From positions 1 to 26,177 of the IMG/VR virus record IMGVR_UViG_3300042905_002719: 26,177 nt of DNA; one strand, 5' to 3'. Below the pieces are notes generated by a model that did no database searches, was not told the origin of the DNA, and was given only the letters and a program-made list of their open reading frames with translations. Position 1 is the first letter of the stretch. Each line of letters starts with the position of its first letter. Made by a program: the position numbers and the translations under genes. Source of the DNA: a virus (Duplodnaviria > Caudoviricetes). Below are positions 16,609 to 26,177 of this stretch, piece after piece.

Positions 16609-17559
16609 TCAGGCAGCCGCGTGGACGGCAGCGTGCCGTACCGTCTCGCGGATGCCGGCGGCCAAGGTGACGGCCGGCCTCCAGCCCAGCAGGTGCTCGG
16701 CGAAGGCTGAGTCGACCAGGCTGCTTCCGAGGTCGCCGGCTCGGGGCTTGCCGTGCACCGGTGGCGGCAGGCCACGCCCCGTGACGGCCTCAACCTCGCC
16801 TCGCACGAGCTGCTCGAGCTGGGCCACGGTCGTGCCCACGCCGGTGCCCACGTTGACCGGGAAAAGCCTGCCGTATGGCAGCTCTGCAGTCAGCGCCAGC
16901 ACGTTGGCGGCAGCCACGTCCCGCACGTGCACGTAGTCCCGCACTTGGCTGCCGACGCCGTGGATCTGGCACGGCCGACCATCCATCGCCGCCCGGCAGA
17001 AGATCGCCACGACGCCGGCCTCGCCGTGCGGGTTCTGCCGTGGCCCGTAGACGTTGGCATACCGCAGTGCCACGGCCTGCATGTGGTACCAGTGTGCGTG
17101 CCAAGCCAGGTACCGCTCCGCCGTCAGTTTGGCCAGACCGTACGGACTGACCGGGTCTCGGACGGCCTCCTCGACGGCCGGCTCGCCAACGTTGCCGTAG
17201 ACGACGCCGCCTGACGACGCGAAGACGATCCGCCGGCAGTCATTCCGTACGGCAGCAGAGACGACGTTGATCAGCCCGACAACGTTGACCTCGGCGTCGA
17301 ATGCCACGTCTCGCACCGACCGACTCACGCTGATCTGTGCGGCCTGGTGGCAGATGGCCGTCGGTCGCACCTCCCGGACGACTCGCTCGACGTTGCCGGC
17401 GTCCCGCACGTCGACCACGTGCACCGCAACGCCTGGCGGCACGTTGGCACGGCTGCCGGTCGACAGGTCGTCGAGGACTGCGACTCGCCTGCCAGCGTCG
17501 AGCAGCTGGTCGACGACGTGGCTGCCGATGAAACCGGCTCCGCCGGTGACAAGAATCAT
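16609..17559 (-). CDS. NAD-dependent NDP-sugar epimerase/dehydratase (UDP-glucose 4-epimerase-like), 316 aa
   Basis: TGGAGFIG Rossmann motif, HQAAQISV, ASSGG, YGLAK catalytic YxxxK, RYANVYGPRQ, RDYVHVRD. Confidence 0.93.
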   Translation of the reverse strand: MILVTGGAGFIGSHVVDQLLDAGRRVAVLDDLSTGSRANVPPGVAVHVVDVRDAGNVERVVREVRPTAICHQAAQISVSRSVRDVAFDAEVNVVGLINVVSAAVRNDCRRIVFASSGGVVYGNVGEPAVEEAVRDPVSPYGLAKLTAERYLAWHAHWYHMQAVALRYANVYGPRQNPHGEAGVVAIFCRAAMDGRPCQIHGVGSQVRDYVHVRDVAAANVLALTAELPYGRLFPVNVGTGVGTTVAQLEQLVRGEVEAVTGRGLPPPVHGKPRAGDLGSSLVDSAFAEHLLGWRPAVTLAAGIRETVRHAAVHAAA

Positions 17560-18356
17560 GAGTCGGGGAACGCTGCCGTGGGTGGTGTGAACCCTGCCGT
17601 ATATCGAGCGACACCCTTTGTGATGCGGAGGTCGTCGATGTACCCAGAAAACGATCGTGTCGACGGAGCGAACGCACCGCCACCGATCACGAGCGGTCCG
17701 CTGTTGTTGGTGCTGACCGTAAACGACACGGTGTTCGACGCAGACTGCACGCCGTCAATGAAAAGCCGCAGCGTGGATCCGCTGCGAGTGACGGCGACGT
17801 GGTGCCATGCGTTCTGGGTGGGCTCAGTCGTTGTGACCGTTTCGGTGTTTGCAGCCCAAGGCACGAAAATGATCCCACTCCCACCAAATTCCAGCGTCCA
17901 CGCGTCCGATGGGGTGCTTCCTACAGGACCCTTGCCGACCAGTCCGGCGAATTGTTGATTGCCACCGTCGTGGTAGTACCACAGCTCGATCGTGAAATCG
18001 CCGGACCCTAGTTCTAGCGCGGTGGCCGACGTGATCTGCACGTAGTCGCCGCTGCCGTCAAACTTGCCACTGGCGCCGCCAAACTTGCTTTGGGTCGTAC
18101 TAATCTGTGCGTTGCCGTTGGCCGTCGCGGAGAACGCGTTGGACGACGAGTCGGTGAACGTCGTGCTGGCGTTGGAGCCGTCCATGTGCAAGAGCAGCGA
18201 CACGCTACTAAAGTCTTGATCGGTTGCATTAGACGGCGGCCACATCGAGTTGCGCTTGTACCAGTAGTGCAAGTGCAGCGGCCAAACACCAACAGCACTC
18301 GACGTGCTGGGGGCTGGCGGACCGATCCCGATGTACCCGCCTGGTATGCGCCCCAT
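17556..18356 (-). CDS. LamG / concanavalin A-like jelly-roll protein (266 aa), likely virion-associated
   Basis: VSLLLHMDG, SKFGGAS..FDG, GDFTIELW, WHHVAVTR..STLRLFIDG, GYIDDLRITKGVARY. Confidence 0.88.
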   Translation of the reverse strand: MGRIPGGYIGIGPPAPSTSSAVGVWPLHLHYWYKRNSMWPPSNATDQDFSSVSLLLHMDGSNASTTFTDSSSNAFSATANGNAQISTTQSKFGGASGKFDGSGDYVQITSATALELGSGDFTIELWYYHDGGNQQFAGLVGKGPVGSTPSDAWTLEFGGSGIIFVPWAANTETVTTTEPTQNAWHHVAVTRSGSTLRLFIDGVQSASNTVSFTVSTNNSGPLVIGGGAFAPSTRSFSGYIDDLRITKGVARYTAGFTPPTAAFPDS

Positions 18357-18360
18357 AGCG

Positions 18361-18738
18361 TCAAGAAATCTCCAGATAGCTGCACACGAACTCGAGGTCG
18401 TTCGACGCGCTCGGCGTGACGACGATTGAACGATCCTCCTCCAGCCATATCGTGGTGTCCTTGCTGACGACGACGAGCGTGGCGTCGGCCGGGACAGTTA
18501 CTGTCGAGCAGATAGCGTGACCGGTGCCGCCGCCGTCATCTTGGCTGTGCAGCTTCACCGTCACATCACAGTTAAGAGACCCGTCGACGTTGGCCACGTA
18601 GAGCGACTGCACCTGCAGCGCCTTGCCCGAGCTGGCGGCGTTGTTGAGCAGCACCGTGCCCGTGGCGCCCGTGACCGCGGACAAGTACGCGGTCTTCGCG
18701 GTGATGGTCGTGGGTCCGACGATGTTGGGAGCGGCCAT
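18361..18738 (-). CDS. Conserved phage-type beta-sandwich hypothetical protein (125 aa)
   Basis: MAAPNIV...VANVDG...TVTVPADATLVV..K...WLEED.SI...SYLEIS; clean ORF between short collagen and LamG genes. Confidence 0.75.
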   Translation of the reverse strand: MAAPNIVGPTTITAKTAYLSAVTGATGTVLLNNAASSGKALQVQSLYVANVDGSLNCDVTVKLHSQDDGGGTGHAICSTVTVPADATLVVVSKDTTIWLEEDRSIVVTPSASNDLEFVCSYLEIS

Positions 18739-18740
18739 GA

Positions 18741-19348
<608 letters not shown>

Positions 19349-19390
19349 GGCATCACTTTGCCCTGTGGGCGGCCTCGAGGTGAGGGGGTG
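19349..19390 (-). promoter_or_regulatory. Putative phage promoter, leaderless type (motif copy 5)
   Basis: Minus strand CACCCCCT(..19383)-N22-CAAAGT(19360-19355)-N6-ATG(19348); no Shine-Dalgarno. Confidence 0.55.
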
Positions 19391-19393
19391 CGG

Positions 19394-19711
19394 TCACGCG
19401 TCCGGCCCTGCTACCACGCCCTGCTCGATGCCGACCTTCGCCACGTAGTTCATCAGCGCCCCCACCGCCGCCGCGAGGTCCGCGTCGGCCTCCGCTCCCG
19501 CGAGCAGGTCGCGCACGTGGAGCCGGATCGGCTCGGCTGGTGCTTCCTCCACGCCGTCTTCGGTGGTGCGGAATCGGACCAGTGTCACGCGGGCCTCGGC
19601 CTCGCCGCCCGTCGGAGATGACAGGACGATCTCTCTAATCCACAACTTGCCGAACACCTTTGCAGGCACGTCCAGCGGTTCAGCACAGTACAGCGTGGGG
19701 ATGTCAGCCAT
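19394..19711 (-). CDS. Small acidic protein downstream of fibre (105 aa), possible fibre assembly/tip partner
   Basis: GGAG RBS, 8-nt overlap with fibre stop; function by position only. Confidence 0.65.
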   Translation of the reverse strand: MADIPTLYCAEPLDVPAKVFGKLWIREIVLSSPTGGEAEARVTLVRFRTTEDGVEEAPAEPIRLHVRDLLAGAEADADLAAAVGALMNYVAKVGIEQGVVAGPDA

Positions 19712-22700
19712 TGATTCGCTCCTCTAGTGCGGCGATGCGTGCGTTGCTCTCTTGCAGTGCCTTGATCAGCACCGGCACAAGTTTCTCGTATGCGAGTCCG
19801 AGATGGTCACCGCACTGTGCAACCACGCTATCGGCGTAGTCGGTGCCTGCGAGCGCCGCCTGCGTCTCTTGTGCGATGAGTCCGACCTGACGCTCTGTGG
19901 CGAAGTTGCGGTCGGCCTGCGGTATGAAGTCGAACGCGACGGGCCGCAGCGATTCGATGACGCTGGTGGCGTCGGCTAGTGGTTCGACGTTGGTCTTGAA
20001 GCGGGCGTCGGACGTGGCGATGGTCGCGTTGGTGGCGTAAATCTGCGAGTTGACTTGGAGTTTGTAGTTTCCGTTGTCAGAAGTTGTACCAATCAGCAAC
20101 TCGCCAGAAGCGTTCAGCAGCATGTCCGATCCGGCACCGATTTGAAAGTCGATGACCGAACCGAAGAGGTGCAGTTCCTTGTAGACGTTGTTTGTGCGGT
20201 CATACGCACCGATAGTCGCCGCGTTGCTGGCAGAGACGTAGTTGACCTCTAGCCCAGCGCCAGAACTTGGCCGCGCTTCGCCTTGCAGCGCGAAGCCCTT
20301 CCGACACAACAGCATTTGCCCGCTGTTTACGGTGACGGCTTCTACTCCATCCGTCACCACCGCCGCGACGTTCGCCTCCGGGAAATACAGCCCCGTATTG
20401 GGATCGCCGCTCGGTGCCACGCTGCACGCTGAGACGCTTCCCCCAATAACCGTCACGGGACTGTTTTGCACGGTCAGCCCTGACTCGCACGTCACCATTC
20501 CAGTGTCACGGCGAATCTGGAGCGGAGTGCCAAGAAAAACGCCAGAATCAGACCATCGACTCACGTAGAGGTCTGACCCGGCGTTGCTTCCAGATTCGGC
20601 GTTGAAGTGGGCCGACACCTGCCATCGCGTAGTTCCGCTGGTCTGCCACTCCAGCATCCTGTTGTTGCCAGCGACGGTGCCTGTGAGTCGCAGCGGCGAC
20701 GTGACTGTGACCGCACCACCAGAGATCGCCGCCCCTGCCTGTCCGACGATCTGTCCCGCGAACGTGGCGGTGCCGGTGGAGGAGATGGCAAGCGCAGAAG
20801 TCCCGCCCGATCCAACGAAGAACTCCAGCGTGCTGCATCCGATAGAGAACTTGTTCCAAGACGAAGACGAACGGTTGAAAGCGTTGATGCGGCTTTCGCC
20901 AGAGAAAATGCCGACAAAAAACTCAAGTCCCTCTGCGCCGTCGTTGGCTATGTGCAGTTTCCGCTGTGGTGCACTGGTGCCTATGCCAACCTGACCGCTC
21001 GCATCAATCACAAACGGCGACGTATCACCACTCGCGTCATTGACGACGAAACTATTCGCCGTGCCTGCGTTCGTCACGGTCAGCGGAACCACGTCGCCCG
21101 TGTTGGCGAACGTCGCCGCGCCGGTGAACGCCGGACTCGCCGTCGGCTGCACCGAGAGCGTGGTGCGTGCCGTCGCGGCGTCGGCGTCGTCGATCAGCGA
21201 GCGGCCGAACGACGTGCAGGTGATCTCCTCCACGTCGCCTGCACCGGACGACGAGCGACCGAGCAGGCGGTCGGTGGCACTGACGTTTTGAATCTTGGCG
21301 TACGTGACGGCGTCGTTGTCGATCGTCAGCACCGTGCCGCTGCTCGAGATCGTGATGTCGCCCTTGTCGCCGTCGCTAAACCCGACGCCGGCCATGCCTG
21401 TCGGGCCTGTTGCGCCGGTTGGCCCTGTCACACCTTGTGAGCCTTGACTGCCTGTCGGCCCGGTCGAACCTGTGGCGCCGGTCGCGCCCACGGATCCCGT
21501 GTCGCCCGTCGCGCCCTGCGCTCCGGTTGGCCCCGTTGGCCCGGTCGACCCGACGTCGCCCTGGGCACCCGTCGCCCCCGTCGGGCCGGTGGCACCCAGG
21601 TCGCCTTGCACGCCTTGCGATCCCACAGCTCCTGTCGGCCCTGTCGGCCCAGTGGCACCAACGGATCCCGTGTCACCGACGACGCCTTGCGGCCCGGTGC
21701 TGCCTGTCGGCCCAGTAGGCCCAGTCGATCCGACTTCGCCTTGTGCACCGACAGCACCCGTTGGCCCGGTGACGCCTTGGTCACCTTGCGGACCGGTTGA
21801 GCCGGTCGGCCCGGTCACGCCCTGCAATCCCTGCTCGCCTGTCGGGCCTGTTGCACCGACGTCGCCAACCGATCCTTGTGGCCCTGTGCTGCCAGTCGCG
21901 CCCGTCGGCCCTGTGACGCCTTGCGAGCCGACGGAGCCTGTTGGCCCGGTCGGGCCTGTGGCGCCAACGTCGCCCTGGGCTCCGGTTGGCCCAGTCGATC
22001 CAACGTCGCCCTGCGGTCCCGTGCTGCCAGTCGGGCCTGTGCTGCCGACTGCGCCTTGGTCGCCAGTGGCGCCTGTTGGGCCAGTGACGCCTTGGTCACC
22101 TTGGGCACCGGTCGGGCCGGTGGCGCCTGTCGCGCCAACGGATCCCTGCGGCCCTGTGCTGCCAGTTGGCCCGGTGACACCTTGCTCACCCTGCGAGCCG
22201 GTCGGGCCAGTGGCACCGACCTCACCTTGGCTACCAACGGCACCTGTTAGCCCTGTCACGCCTTGATCACCAGTGGCGCCTGTCGGGCCGGTCACGCCCT
22301 CGTCACCCTGGGCGCCGGTCGCACCCGTCGGCCCAGTCACGCCCTGGCCACCGACAGCGCCTGTCGGCCCGGTCGCGCCGGTTGCGCCCACGTCACCCTG
22401 TGATCCCGTTGGCCCTGTTGGCCCTGTGTTGCCGATGTCGCCCTGCGCGCCAGTGGCACCAGTTGGGCCTGTCACGCCTTGCTCACCTTGCGACCCGGTT
22501 GGGCCTGTCACACCTTCGGCGCCGCTGGCACCTGTTGGTCCGGTAACGCCTTGCTCGCCTTGGTCGCCCGTTGGGCCGGTCTCGCCGATGAGACCTTGAG
22601 CACCCGTCGGGCCTGTTGCGCCTGTCGCGCCAACGTCGCCCTGCGCGCCAACGGCACCCGTTGGCCCTGTCGGCCCAGTGACGCCTTGGTCACCTTGCGC

Positions 22701-23627
22701 GCCAGTCGGCCCGGTGCTGCCGTTGTCACCGACGGCTCCCGTCGGGCCTGTCTGGCCAACGTCGCCGACCACGCCCTGGGCGCCGGTTGGTCCGGTCGGA
22801 CCTGTCGAGCCTTGTGCGCCCGTGTCCCCGGCGACGCCTTGCGCGCCGGTCGGCCCTGTGCTGCCCACCTCGCCTTGTGATCCCGTCGGCCCAGTCGCGC
22901 CAACGTCACCGACGGCTCCGGTCGGGCCTGTCGCTCCTTGCTCACCTGTCGGCCCGGTGACACCCTCGACACCCTGCGACCCGGTTGGCCCGGTGACGCC
23001 TGCTATGCCTTGGCTGCCTTGGGCGCCTGTGGCACCTGTCGGGCCGGTAGCGCCGGTGTCGCCGACGGCTCCAGACGAGCCGGTCGGCCCCGTCGCTCCC
23101 GTGGCGCCCTGCGCGCCCGAGCTGCCCTGTGCACCGGTCGGGCCTGTTGCACCTGTGCCTCCGATGTCGCCTTGCGGTCCTGTCGGTCCTGTCGATCCGA
23201 CGGCGCCCGTGGAGCCGACCGAGCCTGTGGCACCCACGCTTCCGGTCGGGCCTGTCGCGCCTTGGACGCCCTGCGGTCCGGTGATCGATTCGCCCTGGGC
23301 GCCAGTTGGGCCGGTCGCACCGGCAACGCCCGTGGCACCGACGCCGCCAGTCGATCCCTGCGGTCCGGTTGGCCCGGTCGCACCCGAGGTGCTGAACTCC
23401 GTCCACGTCGTCAGGTCGCCGCCCAGCTGCCACAGGAGGCCCGTGGCGGTGACATGCACGAGCATGCCGGCCTCGCGGCGTGCGGACGGGATCGCGTCCC
23501 TGTCCGCATTGCTGGCGACCGTGCGGTAGCCGCCCTTGCCGTAGAGCGCCTCGTGGCTCGGGTGCACGTCGGTCGTGTCGAACGGCACGACCGGCGCGGC
23601 GACGTTCGTGCCCTTGATGTTGGCCAT
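19704..23627 (-). CDS. Long collagen-like fibre protein with C-terminal intramolecular chaperone (Peptidase_S74), 1307 aa
   Basis: ~80-aa N-terminal domain, ~666 aa Gly-X-Y, mosaic beta fibre modules ([15 protein letters not shown]), then [10 protein letters not shown]...GLIAQE...[16 protein letters not shown] coiled-coil end. Confidence 0.92.
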   Translation of the reverse strand: MANIKGTNVAAPVVPFDTTDVHPSHEALYGKGGYRTVASNADRDAIPSARREAGMLVHVTATGLLWQLGGDLTTWTEFSTSGATGPTGPQGSTGGVGATGVAGATGPTGAQGESITGPQGVQGATGPTGSVGATGSVGSTGAVGSTGPTGPQGDIGGTGATGPTGAQGSSGAQGATGATGPTGSSGAVGDTGATGPTGATGAQGSQGIAGVTGPTGSQGVEGVTGPTGEQGATGPTGAVGDVGATGPTGSQGEVGSTGPTGAQGVAGDTGAQGSTGPTGPTGAQGVVGDVGQTGPTGAVGDNGSTGPTGAQGDQGVTGPTGPTGAVGAQGDVGATGATGPTGAQGLIGETGPTGDQGEQGVTGPTGASGAEGVTGPTGSQGEQGVTGPTGATGAQGDIGNTGPTGPTGSQGDVGATGATGPTGAVGGQGVTGPTGATGAQGDEGVTGPTGATGDQGVTGLTGAVGSQGEVGATGPTGSQGEQGVTGPTGSTGPQGSVGATGATGPTGAQGDQGVTGPTGATGDQGAVGSTGPTGSTGPQGDVGSTGPTGAQGDVGATGPTGPTGSVGSQGVTGPTGATGSTGPQGSVGDVGATGPTGEQGLQGVTGPTGSTGPQGDQGVTGPTGAVGAQGEVGSTGPTGPTGSTGPQGVVGDTGSVGATGPTGPTGAVGSQGVQGDLGATGPTGATGAQGDVGSTGPTGPTGAQGATGDTGSVGATGATGSTGPTGSQGSQGVTGPTGATGPTGMAGVGFSDGDKGDITISSSGTVLTIDNDAVTYAKIQNVSATDRLLGRSSSGAGDVEEITCTSFGRSLIDDADAATARTTLSVQPTASPAFTGAATFANTGDVVPLTVTNAGTANSFVVNDASGDTSPFVIDASGQVGIGTSAPQRKLHIANDGAEGLEFFVGIFSGESRINAFNRSSSSWNKFSIGCSTLEFFVGSGGTSALAISSTGTATFAGQIVGQAGAAISGGAVTVTSPLRLTGTVAGNNRMLEWQTSGTTRWQVSAHFNAESGSNAGSDLYVSRWSDSGVFLGTPLQIRRDTGMVTCESGLTVQNSPVTVIGGSVSACSVAPSGDPNTGLYFPEANVAAVVTDGVEAVTVNSGQMLLCRKGFALQGEARPSSGAGLEVNYVSASNAATIGAYDRTNNVYKELHLFGSVIDFQIGAGSDMLLNASGELLIGTTSDNGNYKLQVNSQIYATNATIATSDARFKTNVEPLADATSVIESLRPVAFDFIPQADRNFATERQVGLIAQETQAALAGTDYADSVVAQCGDHLGLAYEKLVPVLIKALQESNARIAALEERING
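21387..23384 (-). repeat. Collagen Gly-X-Y repeat tract (~220 triplets, [12 protein letters not shown]/GxQ)
   Basis: 9-nt periodic, synonymous-codon-diversified repeat inside the fibre gene; one register break (GESITG) near its start. Confidence 0.95.
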
Positions 23628-24316
23628 CAGCTCACCACCACGACGACGGTGCCGGTGATCGGGTAAGTGCTGCGGTAGATCGTGTAGCTACGTGCCGCCT
23701 GCCCCGTAAACGTGATCGACCTGGTCGTGGTCTCCCAGGCAGAGTTGACCAGGCCGCCGACCGTGAACGTGGGCGACCCGAACGACGCCGGCAGCACAAA
23801 GTGCAGGTAGGCCGCCGTGGCCGTGATTGTTCGCGTCTGGCTGCGACCGTCGGCCATGTCGCTTGTGAGCTGCGACGCGATCTGGCCGTCGGTGATCGCC
23901 GCGGCCGTGCTCGAGCCCCACCACCTGACGAGCAGGGCAGGGGAGGTAGCCGTGTCGTCAGCGACGGCCTTGGTGTGGACGCGCATCGTGGCTCGGAACC
24001 CGTCGCCGTACCGCCAGACCGGGATACCTCGAGGTGCCGCCACCTCGTACGTGACGTCGGACCCGCTCTGCGTGTCGACCACGCGGTCGTGCCGTTGCGG
24101 CACGCCCAGCGGGAAACTCGACGTTTTGATCACAAAGTCCCGCGATTCCCACCGCTCCACGACGCCGTTCTGATCGGCAGCCTCAAATACGGAGCTGCCG
24201 ACGGTCGCCGTGACGTTCACCGTCGTAGCACCGCGCACGTACCGCACCGTCCGGCCGGCCGAGGTCGCCAGCCGGTCAGCCAGCCAGGACGCGCCTACGG
24301 CGAGCATGTCGGACAT
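23627..24316 (-). CDS. Head-tail joining protein fused to an extra ~110-aa C-terminal beta domain (229 aa)
   Basis: N-half MSDML..G.SWL...TVRYVRG...ESRDFVI...PQRHDRV...YEV...WRY.D...MRVHTK ends near aa 117; followed by unrelated Thr-rich domain ([19 protein letters not shown]...YTIYRS). Confidence 0.75.
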   Translation of the reverse strand: MSDMLAVGASWLADRLATSAGRTVRYVRGATTVNVTATVGSSVFEAADQNGVVERWESRDFVIKTSSFPLGVPQRHDRVVDTQSGSDVTYEVAAPRGIPVWRYGDGFRATMRVHTKAVADDTATSPALLVRWWGSSTAAAITDGQIASQLTSDMADGRSQTRTITATAAYLHFVLPASFGSPTFTVGGLVNSAWETTTRSITFTGQAARSYTIYRSTYPITGTVVVVVS

Positions 24317-24334
24317 CGGTCACTCCACGGCGCG

Positions 24335-24381
24335 GCAACGCCGCCGCGGCGCGTTGTGGATACGCGCCGGCGGCGGGTTGC
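24335..24381 (-). terminator. GC-rich intergenic hairpin after DUF2190 gene (terminator or mRNA stabiliser, no U-tract)
   Basis: GCAAC-g-CCGCCG-CGGCGCGT / 7-nt loop / ACGCGCCG-g-CGGCGG-GTTGC: 19 bp with two single bulges. Confidence 0.55.
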
Positions 24382-24405
24382 GGCAGGTCTCGGACTCGCG
24401 TCGGA

Positions 24406-24735
24406 TCAGCGCTCGAGCTTGACGCTCACCGTGGACGCACCCGTCACGGCCTGCGCGACGGCGTAGCCCATGTTCACGCCGGTGACGGTCGTGGCGACGC
24501 CGCTGGTGGCGTACCACTTGACCTGCGCACCGGCCGCGATGGTCTCGCTGTTGGCACCCGAGCTGTGCTTGGGCACGCTGTAGACGCCCTCGACGGCCAC
24601 CACGCCCGTCTCGCCGTTGGCGATGGGACGCGGAGCGACGCCGACGAGCGAGCCGATAACGACCACGTCACCGACAGCGATCGTGCTGGCGGCTGTGTAG
24701 TCGAGGTAGTAGCCCTTCTGAACCGTATCTGCCAT
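24406..24735 (-). CDS. DUF2190 family capsid cement/decoration protein (109 aa)
   Basis: QKG..LDYT.....GDVVVIG.LVGVA...IA.GE.G...VEGVY.VPK...MGYAV.......V.VKL; directly after MCP; AGAGGA RBS. Confidence 0.88.
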   Translation of the reverse strand: MADTVQKGYYLDYTAASTIAVGDVVVIGSLVGVAPRPIANGETGVVAVEGVYSVPKHSSGANSETIAAGAQVKWYATSGVATTVTGVNMGYAVAQAVTGASTVSVKLER

Positions 24736-24768
24736 GGAACTAGTCCTCTGCTGCTGATGGGTGTGGGT

Positions 24769-24801
24769 GCCGGCGGGCGGACACGCTGCCCGCCCGCCGG
24801 C
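24769..24801 (-). terminator. Perfect 12-bp GC hairpin after major capsid gene (terminator or mRNA stabiliser, no U-tract)
   Basis: GCCGGCGGGCGG(24769-24780) / 9-nt loop / CCGCCCGCCGGC(24790-24801). Confidence 0.6.
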
Positions 24802-24819
24802 GAATGATCACGACACGGT

Positions 24820-26136
24820 TCAGACGTCGACCTTGACGCCCGCGAGGTACTCCGCCTTCGAGACTCCGAAGTCGTAGTAGCCACGCATCTGGACGCCCAG
24901 CACGTTGAAGTCGGCCTCGGCCGTCTCCACCACCGGGCTCTGCACGCCGTTGAGGAACGCCACCTCCATCACCGGCAGGTCGGCCGGCGACGCGAGGAGG
25001 TAGTGGTCGGTCACGTTGGTGAGGTAGGTGGAAGCCACCACCTCGTAGCGACCGGCCAGCACGTTCCGCTCCGGCTGCCCCGTGGTGGCACCGCTCTGGA
25101 TCAGGGCCGAGCCCATGATCTCCAGCGCAGCGACCTCGAGGTCGACCGGCACGAGCAGGATCCGCGGCGTCACCGCCAGCGGGTTGCCGTCGGGGTCCTT
25201 CAACTTCCTGAAAGTGGTCACCACGTTCTTGAGGCTCGACACCGACAGCGCCGCCGACGCCGGCGTGGTGCCGGACGTCATGAGGTTCTTGCGGGCGGTC
25301 GTGAAGAACGACGCGTCATCGAGGAACGACGCCCAGAACACGTCGTTGAGCTTGAGCGCACCGCCACGACCGATCCGCTGCGGCACCGCGGTGAGCGCGC
25401 CCAGGTCATCGTTGATGAGGTCGGTGCGGGTGACCGACGTCATGATGCCGTAGGTGCTCGCCGAGATCGTCCGCGACTCGTCGCTCGTCGCCGCGTGCTT
25501 GAGCTCGCCGCCGTTCGCCACGGCCTCAAACTTCATGCCGCCGTTGAGCCGGTACGACGTCAACGTCTTGAAGTCGTTGACCGCACGCACCGCCGAGATG
25601 CTCCGCCACGCCGACTCGACGCTGTCGAAGCCGGCCAGCAGGAACTTGTTGACCGTCGCCGACAGGATGCCGCTGATCGAGTGCGTCGACCAGGCCGCCT
25701 GCAGCACCGGACGCAGCGTCGAGCTGGTGATCTTCTGCGGGCCGTCGTAGCCGTTGGCCACGGCCGCCTGCAGGATCACCTCGCCGAGCGTGATCTGCCC
25801 GCGGGCCTGGTGCGCCGCCTCGAGCACCTTGGCGTCGTACTTCTGCTCGACGCCCGGCAGGCCACCCTGCATGGCGAACGAGGCCTGGATCACGTCCGCC
25901 GACGGCGGGGCGTGCTCGACGATGTGCACGGCCGGAGCCGCCGGCCGCTCGTCGCGGGCCGCCTTGAGGTTCTCCATGTCGGTGACCTTCTTGTTGAGGA
26001 CGTCGACGGTGGCGATGAGCTTGGCCAGGTCGACAGCCGGTGCAGGATCGGGCTCCACGGCGACCTCCGCCGTGGCCGCCACGGCCGGGGTCGACACGAC
26101 CTCGTCCGTGGGCTTGGTGGTGGCGTCAGCCGCCAT
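24820..26136 (-). CDS. Major capsid protein (Mu gpT-like, HK97 fold) with N-terminal scaffold-like segment; frame continues upstream beyond the window
   Basis: ILSATVNKFLL.GF, VNDFK, GGELKH, TYG....TRTDLINDDLGALT, PRILLVP..LE, MEVAFLNG.QSP, YYDFG; followed by DUF2190. Confidence 0.92.
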   Translation of the reverse strand: MAADATTKPTDEVVSTPAVAATAEVAVEPDPAPAVDLAKLIATVDVLNKKVTDMENLKAARDERPAAPAVHIVEHAPPSADVIQASFAMQGGLPGVEQKYDAKVLEAAHQARGQITLGEVILQAAVANGYDGPQKITSSTLRPVLQAAWSTHSISGILSATVNKFLLAGFDSVESAWRSISAVRAVNDFKTLTSYRLNGGMKFEAVANGGELKHAATSDESRTISASTYGIMTSVTRTDLINDDLGALTAVPQRIGRGGALKLNDVFWASFLDDASFFTTARKNLMTSGTTPASAALSVSSLKNVVTTFRKLKDPDGNPLAVTPRILLVPVDLEVAALEIMGSALIQSGATTGQPERNVLAGRYEVVASTYLTNVTDHYLLASPADLPVMEVAFLNGVQSPVVETAEADFNVLGVQMRGYYDFGVSKAEYLAGVKVDV

Positions 26137-26177
26137 GGTTTCCTCCTCGACGGCCTCTTCGGCCGCGATGGCGACGC

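Noticed and set aside
16569-16793. Extended N-termini given by the ORF track for several genes (e.g. 16793, 15002, 13529, 11696, 8048, 5499, 4255, 3672, 2922, 2437)
   Set aside because: They overlap upstream genes with junk-like sequence; downstream starts with RBS, stop-start coupling or leaderless motif fit better
13914-17559. Sugar enzymes as DNA hypermodification or host O-antigen conversion genes
   Set aside because: Not excluded but disfavoured: no base hydroxymethylase or replication genes nearby, no membrane GtrA/B/C-type components, and the GT carries TPRs and sits among virion genes
21387-23384. Periodic DNA repeat considered as CRISPR array or non-coding tandem repeat
   Set aside because: 9-nt periodicity with synonymous variation inside an open frame; no repeat-spacer structure and no cas genes
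21472-23529. Plus-strand ORFs rich in PVGPVAP repeats (21472..22266, 22273..22599, 22678..23529; also 18762..19232)
   Set aside because: They are the antisense mirror of the Gly-X-Thr collagen codons; no RBS and no independent signal

Overview
The window is the late (virion morphogenesis) arm of a high-GC tailed phage or prophage with siphovirus-type organisation (no sheath gene). All credible genes are on the minus strand and tightly coupled by overlapping stop/start codons. Reading from the right end: major capsid protein (frame open past the window edge, probably a protease-MCP fusion), DUF2190 cement protein, and a head-tail joining protein with an extra C-terminal domain. A ~9.7 kb insert follows: a 1307-aa Thr-rich collagen fibre with an S74 chaperone, a second short collagen, a LamG lectin-fold protein, an NDP-sugar epimerase, a GH130/GT91-like beta-propeller, a SAM methyltransferase and a GT2-TPR glycosyltransferase. 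After the insert come the tail terminator and neck proteins, three tandem very short tail-tube paralogues, a tail chaperone with a hidden -1 frameshift extension, the tape measure and tail-tip genes. The left end holds an HEXXH peptidase/metallophosphoesterase/DUF1599 operon, a paralogous beta-rich pair, and a membrane-protein cluster centred on a membrane-anchored papain-like protease. The best candidates for new biology are (i) a self-contained phage collagen-fibre glycosylation system, (ii) a bipartite CCCCT-N22/23-YANNNT promoter-like motif in five intergenic gaps, four of which would give leaderless mRNAs, and (iii) the triplicated minimal tail tube and the protease-centred lysis-position cassette. 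A Planctomycetota-like host is only an impression. All family calls come from motif recognition, not database searches.
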